DNA from: Thelocarpon superellum
Taxonomy: Eukaryota
Length of the DNA stretch: 51,876 nt
Direction of reading: 5' to 3'
Assembly (NCBI GenBank): GCA_026025795.1
Contig: JAPEUG010000085.1
Coordinates: 1 to 51,876, forward strand
Shown in pieces: positions 34,906 to 45,164 of the stretch. A model generated the notes under the pieces. It was not told where the DNA came from, did no database searches, and saw only the letters and a program-made list of their open reading frames with translations. The stretch's first letter is position 1, and each line of letters opens with the position of its first letter. A program made the translations under genes and the position numbers.

Positions 34906-36569
34906 CTAACCTGTATTCTCATCACCACCATCGCCAATGACCGACCACAAGATCAACCTGCGATCAAAGCCGCCACTCAGGACGCATTCGCGTCCACGAA
35001 GCACGCCACTCCAGAGCGTGCGGATCTTGGAGCCAGGCTCATGCCCACCATCACCGCCACCACTACCGCCAGCAGGCAAGGAGACCAGGACCTTGCCCGA
35101 TCTAGCCTCCACGCCGCGCACGACGCCATCATCCCCATTGACCCATATCCCGGAGCCATCAGGGCGCCAGCAGACCTGCGGCGTCGAGAAGGGCGTTTGC
35201 GGCGCCAGCGTGCTCGTGTGTGATCTGATGGCCGCGGCGCAAGCTTCTTCCTCTGCCAGCTGCTGCGCTGCCTGTTGCGCCTGCGTCTGCGTCACTTGAG
35301 CCGGCGGTGCTGTCGCTATGGCCGAGACGCTGAAGCTGGAGGCGGCGGCGGCGGGTGTGAGCCGTTGGCGCAAAATGAGAAGCTTCATGTGCGGTACCGA
35401 TGACGTTCCGACCGCTATCAATAACGCGTCGGTGGGGCATAGTGCCATTGCTGAGGGTGAGAAGGAGATCCACTGGGCGGAATGCGGTGCCAGGTTCTGC
35501 TTCCCTAGCAGTGGAAGCTCTTGCGTCGTCGTGGTAGATGCATCGGCGGTCGTGCGCGGCAGAGAATAGTAGTATAGAAAGGTAGAATCCCGGCGCGACA
35601 CGACCAGAATCGGATCGGAAGATGATGGTTCCACAACACCTTGCCGCCGATGGTTCCAGAAGAGGACGCTTTCAGGGAGGGTGGGCAAAGAGATAGTACC
35701 TACCGGAGGCCCAAGTCTACCACTGTCGGCCGTCGAGTCGTTCCGGCCCTCGCGAGATCTCGAGGATCTTAGGCGGTATAGGGAGACCTTTCCCGACCAG
35801 CTTGCCGCAGCGAGCCAAGTCTCATCCCTGTCTTCAAGAGCAGCCACTTTGACCACGAACTTAGTATGGTCTCTCCTCTCCTCTAGGACCGTGCCGTCTA
35901 GAAGATCACTGAGGATGATCTGGCCGGACATGCTGGCGCTGACGAGCCACCGACGCCGTATGACGGCCCAAGAGAGGATGGAGGAATCATGCAGAGCCGC
36001 ATCGGACCGTAACAGCCGGAAATGCGGAGCGGCCGAGGAGAAGACATTCAGCCGCCGGTCTGCAGTCGTAGCTATGATGTATTCGTCGCTTCCCTCGTTC
36101 TCCTCCGCCGCGTGAGGAAAGGCGTCGATGGCTTCCACGGACACATGCAGCAAGTTTGCGTGAACCTGGAGCGCCCCCACTCGTACCGGCTTGGATGGGG
36201 CTGGCGCGGACGAGCGGGGAAACAGTCAGTGTGCCGTGGTCAACATGGTCCCCGCCGTTTCCTCCTGGCGTACCGGGCAGAGTCCAGCCGCGAGACACCC
36301 CGTCATCGTGCGCGGGCTTCTCAAAGGCAAGGCTCAGGTCAAACACCTTCTTCTCGTCCAAAACCTTTTCGATGGTCAGGTCGCCGGGTGAGGCAGTGCC
36401 GGCGTCGGGCGGAAGTCCGGACTCGGCGATGAATGCTGCGAGCGTCTGAGGCCATATGGCGTTAGATTAGCAATGGCCTGACTGGACGAATCGAGGAGCG
36501 TACGTCATGGTATCCGTTGGTGGCTAAGAAACGAGCCACGAGGACGGCCGGGGACTCTGGCGATGGCAT
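34906..36569 (-). CDS. LisH-like N-terminus + WD40/beta-propeller protein, conserved fungal hypothetical; exons 36569-36504, 36445-36274, 36200-34906
   Basis: LVARFLATNGYHDTLAAFIAE (LisH-like); HDSSILSW, RDHTKFVVKV, STPQVCWRPDGSGIWVNGDDGVVRG, GHEPGSKIRTLW...LSGGFDRRLILW; introns 36446-36503 and 36201-36273. Confidence 0.85.
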
Positions 36570-36971
36570 GAGGCCGAGTCGCTGCCCAGTCTGAGCCTCC
36601 ACGGGTCGTGGCCAGCTGGGGACGGTATCCCGTCAAGCGACAGGTCGTATTGAGAAGGGTCATGCTGATGACGCCACAACGGCACTACAAGTCGCCCTGA
36701 CACGACACGGAACAGAACCGCATTCTACGACGGCACTCGGGCAGCATTGGATGCTCTGAGATGATTCATAGGCCAACGACACCTTCCATGGGGTATATCT
36801 CTGCCGTCTCTCAACCTTGGCCATGTCGCAGCCAGCCAATGCATTGCGGCTCGCTGAGCCGGCCCTAGACACCATTCCTCCTGGTCCCAACGTATGCTGT
36901 GTAGATGAACGGCCGCCGACCGTCGATCGCCGAGATACCGGACCGACGCCTCTTCATCCAATCACAGAGGC

Positions 36972-38616
36972 TCAATAAAACATGTCTTCCGCCTTGCGCC
37001 GCCTCGTCCCCCGTCCGCTCAGCTTCTCGGTGAAGAGCTCCTTGCCCGAATTTGGGGCCTGCTTTCCCGGAAACAGCTCTCGCCCATTCAGCATCAGGAC
37101 ACCGCCGCCCGCCGCCGCCGCCGCCCCACGGATCGAAAAGCCGCTGTCCACTTGTTTCGCCGACCCACGGATGCTGAATCCCCCGACCTCATCGTTGGCG
37201 GGCTCCACATCCGGAAGGACCACTTGGTGCGATCCCAACGGCGTCGTCGAAGCGCGGCTGATACGGTCGGCCAGTCGTTTTGACGTCCCTCGCTGATCGA
37301 GTGAACCGTCGGTGAAAGGAACGGACATGCGTCCAGCGAAGAGGTCCGCCGTCTCATCCGCTGCGTCGAAAGCGCCCGAACGTCGATGGTTGCGGAGTTG
37401 CTTTTGCGGAAATAGCTCCTTGCCCGAACCCGTGCTCGATGGCTCATGGTCCATCATCATCTCTGTGGTCGTCGATTTGTAAGGAAACAGCTCTTTACTT
37501 TGGTTGACTTCGGGCGTCCAGTCGCGGTCGCGACGGCGCGAGGGCCGGGGAGAGTAGCTCCTCTCTCGTCCTCGCCGACGAGCCAGTCGATCGTACGCCT
37601 TATCTCCATCGGTGACCATATCTCGATCTCCGTCGGAATCCTTCTCGCGCAACGGGGATGCACTGCGGTCGCGAAAATGAACGCGACCCCTCCCGTTCCC
37701 TCGGTTTGGAAAGAGCTCCTTGCCCTTGCCAGTTCTCCGAAGCGATTCGGAGGATGCGTCGGAGTCTGATCGACGTCGTGCCTTCGGGCGCTCTCTGGCG
37801 GCCAACGCGGCTGAGTCGTCATCGTAAAGGGCTGCGTTGAAACCGTCATCCTCGTCTTCATCTCGTCGGCGCCGATGCTCTCGGTCGTCGTATGGGCGAC
37901 GACGGTAATTGCTGTTGTCATCGTGATATCTCGAGCTCCCTCGTCGTCCACCGGAGCCTCGCGATCGCTTTTCGGCGGGATCCTGATCCGGGTTGAAGAG
38001 GTAGTATCGACTGCGCTCGCGGGCACCAGGTTGCTTTCGATCGCCGATTACCGCGATTCGTGCTTGGAGTGGCGCGTCGGGGTGGGTGGAGAGTCTCTGT
38101 GCAGGTCGTAGCTGCACGGTTGGCATCGAGATCAGGTCGATGGAACTGACGAGGGAGAAGCTCTTGAGAGCTCTCATGGCGGTGCCGGGAGTATCATAGA
38201 CGATGTTGGCGGAGTGATCATCGATCCATTCGATCCGGACGATGTCGGCCGAAGGAAAGTGCTCGGCGGCAAAGAGGTTGATATCGCTGGTGTGAAGGTT
38301 GTCGAGGCCACGAAGGTGGACTTTGTGAGGAGTGGGATGATCCGCGTCGGACGATGATGCCGTTCCGTTGGCAGGGTCGATAGGCTCGACGAGAGGTAGG
38401 ACGGAAACATTCTGATGTTGAGGCGTTAGACTTTTCTCTATCATCGCGTCACGGCCACATTTCGGGGCTATGACTTCAGGAAGCCATGGTCGCAGTGAGG
38501 GTGGGAATGTGAGCGTGGGTGAGGGTCAGGTCACGAACATTTCCCGTTGCCTCGGCTTCGTCTACAAGAATCTCCTCATCCCCCAGCCCCAGGTCGACGT
38601 CCATGTCGATATCCAT
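36972..38616 (-). CDS. Nuclear cap-binding protein subunit 3-like (DUF2414, RRM-like) protein; exons 38616-38539, 38411-36972
   Basis: KVHLRGLDNLHTSDI...RIEWIDDHSANIVY, RSRYYLFNP, repeated KELFP motifs, GFSIRG repeats, C-terminal RRRKAEDMFY*; intron GTTCGT..CTAAC..CAG 38412-38538. Confidence 0.85.
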
Positions 38617-39205
38617 CTTGCCGACAATCGGGTATGCGAATGACTAGGACATGAGGAAGCTCGTGGCTGATGCGAGCCAGAAGTGGGGGTTGGAAAGTCG
38701 ATGACGGAGGACGAGATGAGAGTCAAGGTAAAGGTGGTCGAGTACGAGGAATTTGGGTGAGTGATGTAGGATGTGACCGGCGCAATCCACAAGCCTCTGG
38801 ATTCCGGTGAACGGGTGAAGGAAGAGAGAGGTCGGACTTCAGAACGAGCCAAGAAAGGAAAATGAAGGGCTTTGTGAGGTGGAGTGACCTGGGATATCCC
38901 GGGCCGAGCTCAAGATGCCGCCGTCGAAGGGTCGAGGGCGAGGTTGAAGTCGAGGTCGGGGTCGAGGCAGGTAGGTTGTTGTCGAAACTCAGTACGACGT
39001 ACCAAGTAACGTTACCTTCCGCACCAACATTGCGCTGGTAGGCGATTCGCCCAATCGTCAGGCGTCAATAATATGGCGAGGTCGCCGGGGAAGTCCGGAA
39101 GATGCCGAACAACCTCCTCTCATCACCACTTGCCGCGAGCACAGCCAAGTCGACGAGGAATACTTCAGCAGCCCTTCCCTCCCCGCCCCTCCTCCCACCA
39201 CAGGG

Positions 39206-40717
39206 CTATCTCGTCTTCCTCTTCGTCGGCTTGCTCGCCTTCTTCGCCGCCTTTTTCTTCTGCAGCACTCCCGTCTGCAGAGGCCGGCCCGACACCCCGC
39301 TCCGCTCTCGCTCGTCGAGGCCACACCGGGCACGCAAGACCCGATTCCACTGGTTCTTGACCCCGGCGCGCGTCCGGCTCACGCCGTGATCGGTCGCCAG
39401 GATGCTCGAGATCTCCGTCCAGCGATCGTCGCCCTTGATCTCCTGCTTGTGGAGAATTTCGGCCATGATGCCGATTGTCAGGCGCTCCTCGGTCGCCGTC
39501 CACGCCATTCCCCGGCGCCGGCCTCCCGTCGGGGCCTTCTCCACCCCATCCTCCTCTTCCTCACTCGGCGAGCCCTCGTGGTCCGCTCTCGTCGCCGCCA
39601 TCGACGAGAGCCCCCGAGTCGTGACTCGCCGCGTGGGAGCGAGCCGGGGCTTCTTCGGGAGAGTCTCGTCCTCCTCGGAGTCGGTCGTGTCTTCGTCATC
39701 GTCTCTCGCCCGCTTGCGCGACACGGGTGCCCTGGACGTGGGCTTCCTAGGTGCGGGTGCGCCCTTCTTGACGTTCCCCTTGTCTTGGGCTTGTCTGGTC
39801 GTCGAGACTTGCACGGGTGGAATGGGCTGCAACGTGCGAGCCTTGCCACGACCGGGTGGCGCCAGCATGAAGGTGCTGTCGTCGTGGTCGCACACGTTGG
39901 TGTCCTCTTCATCAGAACTGATGAGGTAGCGGGGCCGCTTCCTCGCCCGCAGCGTATCCCCTCCTTCTTCTCCGAGGGATCGCTTCTGGGTAGCCGGCTC
40001 TCCCTTGGCCGCTTCCGCCTTTTCCTTTTCCTCTTTCTTTTCCGCTTCCTCTCGCTTCTTCTCTTGCTCCTCCTTGAGTGGTCGCGCCAGATAGAAGGGC
40101 GCCGGCGCCAACGTTGCAAGGTCTGCGTCGATCCCCGGCCGTGCATATCGTCGCGAGCTGGCCGGCCCATTCTCCGCTCGCTGCTCCTTGGTCGCGTTCG
40201 GCAGGCACTCCGGGCAGTACCACTTCCCGCGCGGTCCGGTCCTCGGCCACCGGATGCAGCGCTTGTGGTGCCAGCCGAAGGGACAGGTGCTGCCGTCACA
40301 GGCGACCATGGCAAGGCCATCGTCCGGTTGCCGGCAGTAGCAGTGCTTGTCGAAGGTCTCGTTCTTCGCCACGAGACCCTCTTCAGGCACTGCCTCCGTC
40401 CCTTGGCCGCCCACCTCCTCGCCTTCTTCGTCTTCCTCGTCCACGTCCGTGGGCTCGGACGCGACGACGTCTTCCTCATCTTCCTCGTCTTCTCCTCCCT
40501 CCTCGTCGCTCTCGCCCTGCGCCACTAGGGACGCGTCGGCCTCTGGCCAGGACGTCTCTCCCTCCAGGTTGGGTGCCACGGCGGCCGTCGATGGCGTCGG
40601 GGAGGGGATCTGGTCCCCGGTCCCGACTGGTGTCGGGACGCTGAACATTGCGGAATCCGGCATGTTGTACAGCTCGGTGAAGTCGAGCCACGAGCCGGGC
40701 AAGGACGCGTCGGACAT
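39206..40717 (-). CDS. PHD-finger (ING-type) chromatin protein with C-terminal Myb/SANT-like domain, 503 aa (N-terminus may extend through an upstream intron)
   Basis: CYCRQPDDGLAMVACDGSTCPFGWHHKRCI...KWYCPEC (C4HC3); WTATEERL...DDRWTEIS..L...HGVSRT..GVKNQWNR.LRAR.GLDER; acidic and basic low-complexity linkers; CTGAC..CAG acceptor near 40744. Confidence 0.82.
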   Translation of the reverse strand: MSDASLPGSWLDFTELYNMPDSAMFSVPTPVGTGDQIPSPTPSTAAVAPNLEGETSWPEADASLVAQGESDEEGGEDEEDEEDVVASEPTDVDEEDEEGEEVGGQGTEAVPEEGLVAKNETFDKHCYCRQPDDGLAMVACDGSTCPFGWHHKRCIRWPRTGPRGKWYCPECLPNATKEQRAENGPASSRRYARPGIDADLATLAPAPFYLARPLKEEQEKKREEAEKKEEKEKAEAAKGEPATQKRSLGEEGGDTLRARKRPRYLISSDEEDTNVCDHDDSTFMLAPPGRGKARTLQPIPPVQVSTTRQAQDKGNVKKGAPAPRKPTSRAPVSRKRARDDDEDTTDSEEDETLPKKPRLAPTRRVTTRGLSSMAATRADHEGSPSEEEEDGVEKAPTGGRRRGMAWTATEERLTIGIMAEILHKQEIKGDDRWTEISSILATDHGVSRTRAGVKNQWNRVLRARCGLDERERSGVSGRPLQTGVLQKKKAAKKASKPTKRKTR

Positions 40718-42814
40718 GCGGAGGAGCTTTGCTCGCGCTTGAGCTGGTGAAGGGAAAGGTCAGCGGTGCGGGTATGTAGAAGATCTACCAACTCCACCTG
40801 ATCAGGACGAAACGTGCTCGTGGGGTGGGATGTCGTCACCCCAGACACAGATCTCGCTGTGCGATGTAACGACCAACCAACAGTCCAAGACTGGAGGAAG
40901 GTAAAAAACGGCAGCGGCAGATGAGAAATGCTCTGCGAAGGAAACTGGCTTGGGCAGCGTTGCGCGAGCAGACGTGCGGCAAGCAGAAGATGGGAAAACT
41001 ACAGAGAAGAAGAAAGAGAGGACGGCCAGAGGAAGAGAGTCTCTACTGAGCACGTTCAGCCATCTGGCGTCCGGCTTGTCGTTCGAGTCCCATGCTTCAC
41101 TGATTCGAGTGAACAATGATGTGATGTTGACAGAACACTGGCCTGGAAGTGACCAAGGGAAGTGGTGAATTGTCGCCCCAACCCGTCAAAGGCGGGAGGT
41201 CAGAGGTCACCTCGAGTTGATGTAACTGCAAGCTCTCACACGGGATAACCAGTGACTGAAGCAGTGCCCGTGTCTCTCAACGAAAGGGCTGGCGGATCCC
41301 TGATTACGCTGGGGAATCGGACCATCTGGGATGATATAACGACTTGTAGTGATTCCCCAAGGCGTCTCCGCTCTTTTCTACGTCCACGAGATGCCTCAGG
41401 ATCTCCTCACTTTCACCACCAGTTCATGGTCCTGGAAGCGTCTTGACTCGCGCCACGAAAGGCGCAAGTGAGGTGACGGATGAGTCGACGTGGAATCAAC
41501 TGGGCTTATTCACTACCTGAATCCAAACGTACATGTAGTAGCAGTAGTGTCCTTTGAAAGGAGAGGTCCCAGGATAATCGAGATCTGCCTGATGCAAATT
41601 CGTGACTGCAGGGTCATATGGGGAGGTTCGAGACACGCGTACACGTTCACATCATACTGTGAGGTCACCGCCTGTCTCTTTTCTCGAAGATGAGAGAAGT
41701 ACGATCATGAAAGGGGCCTTTACGTCACGGGCGCTCATCACCCCTCACTTCCTCTTCTCCCCCACTCCCTTTCCTCAAATCGCACGACGAAAATCATAGC
41801 AACGAGCGGGTCGTCTTCGTTTCAGTTCGATTTCATAGAACACTAGGCGGTCAAGCACTCGTAGAGTAAACGCAGCGCGAGGCAACGCGGGAGTCGACTC
41901 CCAGCGTGCGATCGATCGAACGACTCGTCCATCCATCCATCCCATCCCATCCCATCTATTCTGAACGGGCCCGGGCTAGAAAAGGGAGCGAAGTGAAGTG
42001 CGATGAAGCGAGAACCAAAAAGGTGAGAGGCGCTCCCGCCTCATGGCTGGCATTTCGATCCTGCCCGCCGCTTTTCTCGTCTCCGAGTCTCATACCTTCC
42101 CGGTGCCTTGGACGAAGGCACGCTCGCTTGAATGGACCCGTGGCGCAACTCGCGTTCACGACGAGAGGCTGGTCCCGCTGCAGATGCGGTCATGGTCAGT
42201 GTTCGCGATCGTGGGGTCCGTGGTGGGAATACCGATACGCAGCATTACCAACCGACGTGGCGATGGTGGCTGTATGGGAAAGATAGGATAGTTACCACGG
42301 GATAGGATGCTTCGCAGAAACCAAAGCGACGGGATGACTAGGGCAGCCGCACCGACCGACGTGCGTGAAGAGCGCGGCAGCCAGGAGCTCATGCCCCCGC
42401 AAAAGTTCAGCATACCGGACATTTTGCAGGGATCCATCCGCTCACGGCTCCAAGCGTCCCCAGCGAAGCGCCCGTGATGCACACCTGTCTCCGGTCACCA
42501 TCACGCCTTCCCTTTCCACTCCTTGCCATCATGCTTACACCTCTGCTATCTTCCCAGGGAGAACTTCTGGCATGATCGAGAGGCACGAGTACTTCTGGAG
42601 GAGTGGCCTTCTTACTGTCTTACTGACACGTCGATTCGGTTGCGACATGGTAACTGTGGTTAGGTATCTCGCACGAGAGTTCCTCGTGCTGTGTTGGTAC
42701 CTCGTACGGTGGTCAGAGCCGCCTGACTTATGCTTCAACCTCCCTACACTGGGAATGCTATAACGACAATGACTCCCACCGTAGCTGTGCATGCATAGCG
42801 AGCCCACCATACGG

Positions 42815-42856
42815 AGCATGTAGCCATGAGAACAAAGCATGTAGCCATGAGAACAA
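42815..42856 (+). repeat. Perfect 21-bp tandem duplication AGCATGTAGCCATGAGAACAA x2
   Basis: Read directly. Confidence 0.92.
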
Positions 42857-44204
42857 TGCATGACAGAAGCCACCCCATCCCGCACAGACCGCAGGAAGAA
42901 TCTGTAACAACAATCTAGACGAACAATCGGAGCCTCGCGACGCTCCGACAACCATGCATCAACTCGCTCCCTGCCTGCCTGCCCGCCCGCCTGCCCTGCC
43001 CAACCTTACAGCCAGCTAGCTGCCGGACAATAAGACAACGGGATGCACATTGATCGTCGCAGCTCCTCAGACCCTAGCTACTCTATGCACGCATGCGTGT
43101 CCTCGATCAGCCGGACGATCAAGATTCGACCTGCTAATGCTGCTGCTGCTGCCGTCTCGAATGTGCCTCAAGGCATCGACGACCACGCCGCTATGCATAC
43201 AGAATAACATACCTGTCTGCGCTTGCGGATTTGACCACAGGGTCTGCTTTGACGGACTGCACTGCTGCAAGGATGCGGCTTGGTTCTGGCGTGGGTCGGC
43301 GTTGATGCTACACTGCGCCTTTCGTTCGAGTGGTGCTGCTTGACTACCCTCCCTGTCGCTGGTGCTGGTGCTGGTGCTCTAGGTCGGTTAGAAGGTTCCG
43401 GGACGGCATGTCTTTGTCTTGCCTCGCCTTGTCTTGTCTCGAACCCTCATGTCATATCATACGATCCGTGGTGTTGGCCCCGCCGACGCGGATGGCCCCG
43501 CCGACGCGGAAAGAGGCGTTCGAGAGAGCGGTGGCCGGAGAGGAGGGGTTGCTTCTGATGCTTCAGACGCTTGGAATTCTCCATGTTCATTCTGTCTCTG
43601 GTGTCTGATGTCTGATGTATCATCCATCCCAGACCTCCATTTCCTGCATTTCCTAAACCTGCGCGCTTAGGCCCCCGAATGATACCAGTTTCACGACCAG
43701 CACACACTAACGCGGGTCGTCTGCGCCAGCGCATCGTATCCGAAATCGACGTCTCCGTCTCCCCTCTCCATCGCAGGCGTCGCAGCCGCCGCCGCCACTG
43801 GAATAAAACCAAGAAGAAGCAACAATGCCCATAACGCGTGGACCTAGACGCAGACGCTGACGCGGATGAACTAACGTGCAGAGGGTAGACTAGACGTAGA
43901 AGGGCAACCTACTCATCATAAGAGGACCCTGCATGAACGCCGCTCCAGAATTAGACGAGAAGAAGAGGTAGAAGAAGACGCCGCTGAGTGAGCAGAGTAG
44001 AGCAGTGCAAACATGGCAAGAGGCACGATCGCGATGGACGTGATGAATCGAACGAATCATTAGACACCGAACCCCACTCCCATCCCGTCCCCCATCACGC
44101 CAGCAAGCGACGAAGCCAGACATTCAACGCATCTCCTCTTCGAAAGACTGACAGCCCGAAAGGAGTACCCGAGCGTGAGCGGTATCGTGAGCGTCCGTGG
44201 GTCG

Positions 44205-45164
44205 TCATACGAGCAGGTTCGACACGTTCATGCGAGGGTCTTTGGGCTCCAGGGGGGAGATGGAGCTCGTGAGCGTGCAAAACGATGGCAGATACGAGGC
44301 AGATGACGACGATGGCGGTGAGCCCCGCGATCGGGGCATGTACTCCTCCCGGATGGGTTTCTGGAGCCGGAGTGGCGAAGAGCCGGTCGAGTAGTGCGAG
44401 GGATGAGGAGTGAACTTTCGCCGGTCACCATCAAGTCTCGCCGCCAGGGCCGGCAGCTGCGTGTCCGTGTCCGACACAAAGTTGTTCGACCCGAGCTGGA
44501 GGATAGGCAGACTGGGTCGACGACTCTCGGCTCGCGTGCCGATGAGCGGAGGCAGCTCAATGGCGGGCGACGCCGGAATCTCGGGCGAGGTCGAGAAGTT
44601 CGAGGCAGAGTCGGACATGAGCGACGGGGCGCTGTCCGCCGAGTCGGTCCGTCCGGAGTCAGAGAAGGCCGTGGGGGACGGCAGCGGCGTGTCAACGTGT
44701 CTCTTTGGGGGAGAGGCCATGCTGGCTCGGGCCCGACCCGTGTCGGCGGCGAGAAGAGGACGTGGGAAAGGAGGCAATGCCGCGCGCTCGTCGAACCGTT
44801 TCTCAGATCGGGCAGCATCACCATGGCGATGGATCAGTCGTCGACGGCGATTCATTCCCCCATTCCACCAATTCTTTACCGCGTTGTCGCTGCGGCCGTT
44901 CAACCGACGGGCGATCTCGGCCCAGCGCTTGCCCATCTCCGCCACCAGCTTCTCGATGAGATAGCCCTCGTCGGGGCTGATGGGATCATGGTTGAGGGCC
45001 GGCTTGAGGTTCTGATGATATCGCTCCCGGCATTGCTTCGGCGAGCGAGTGCCGATGAGGTGTGAGATGCGCACCCAATTGTGCGCACCTTGACTGTGCA
45101 CGAGCTGGAGGAGGCAGGCATCCTCGCCGGGACACCACGGGCCTCTCTTGTGTGGAGCCATCAT
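44205..45164 (-). CDS. flbD: R2R3 Myb transcription factor FlbD/RCA-1 orthologue (conidiation regulator), 319 aa, intronless
   Basis: HKRGPW...ED..LLQLV..QGAHNWVRIS..IGTRSPKQCRERYHQNLKP.LNHDPIS.DEG..IE.LV.EMGKRWAEIARRL.GRSDNAVKNWWNGGMNRRRR; S.APSL.SD motif and C-terminal RMNVSNLL as in FlbD. Confidence 0.9.
   Translation of the reverse strand: MMAPHKRGPWCPGEDACLLQLVHSQGAHNWVRISHLIGTRSPKQCRERYHQNLKPALNHDPISPDEGYLIEKLVAEMGKRWAEIARRLNGRSDNAVKNWWNGGMNRRRRLIHRHGDAARSEKRFDERAALPPFPRPLLAADTGRARASMASPPKRHVDTPLPSPTAFSDSGRTDSADSAPSLMSDSASNFSTSPEIPASPAIELPPLIGTRAESRRPSLPILQLGSNNFVSDTDTQLPALAARLDGDRRKFTPHPSHYSTGSSPLRLQKPIREEYMPRSRGSPPSSSSASYLPSFCTLTSSISPLEPKDPRMNVSNLLV

Noticed and set aside
39386..40528. 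380-aa plus-strand ORF and other long antisense/alternate-frame ORFs (e.g. 39478-40479, 24706-25587, 19508-20269, 1524-2342)
   Set aside because: Shadow ORFs caused by high-GC codon bias of real genes.
42815..42856. 21-bp direct repeat as CRISPR or transposon end
   Set aside because: Two abutting copies with no spacer, no cas or transposase gene; simple tandem duplication in a eukaryote.
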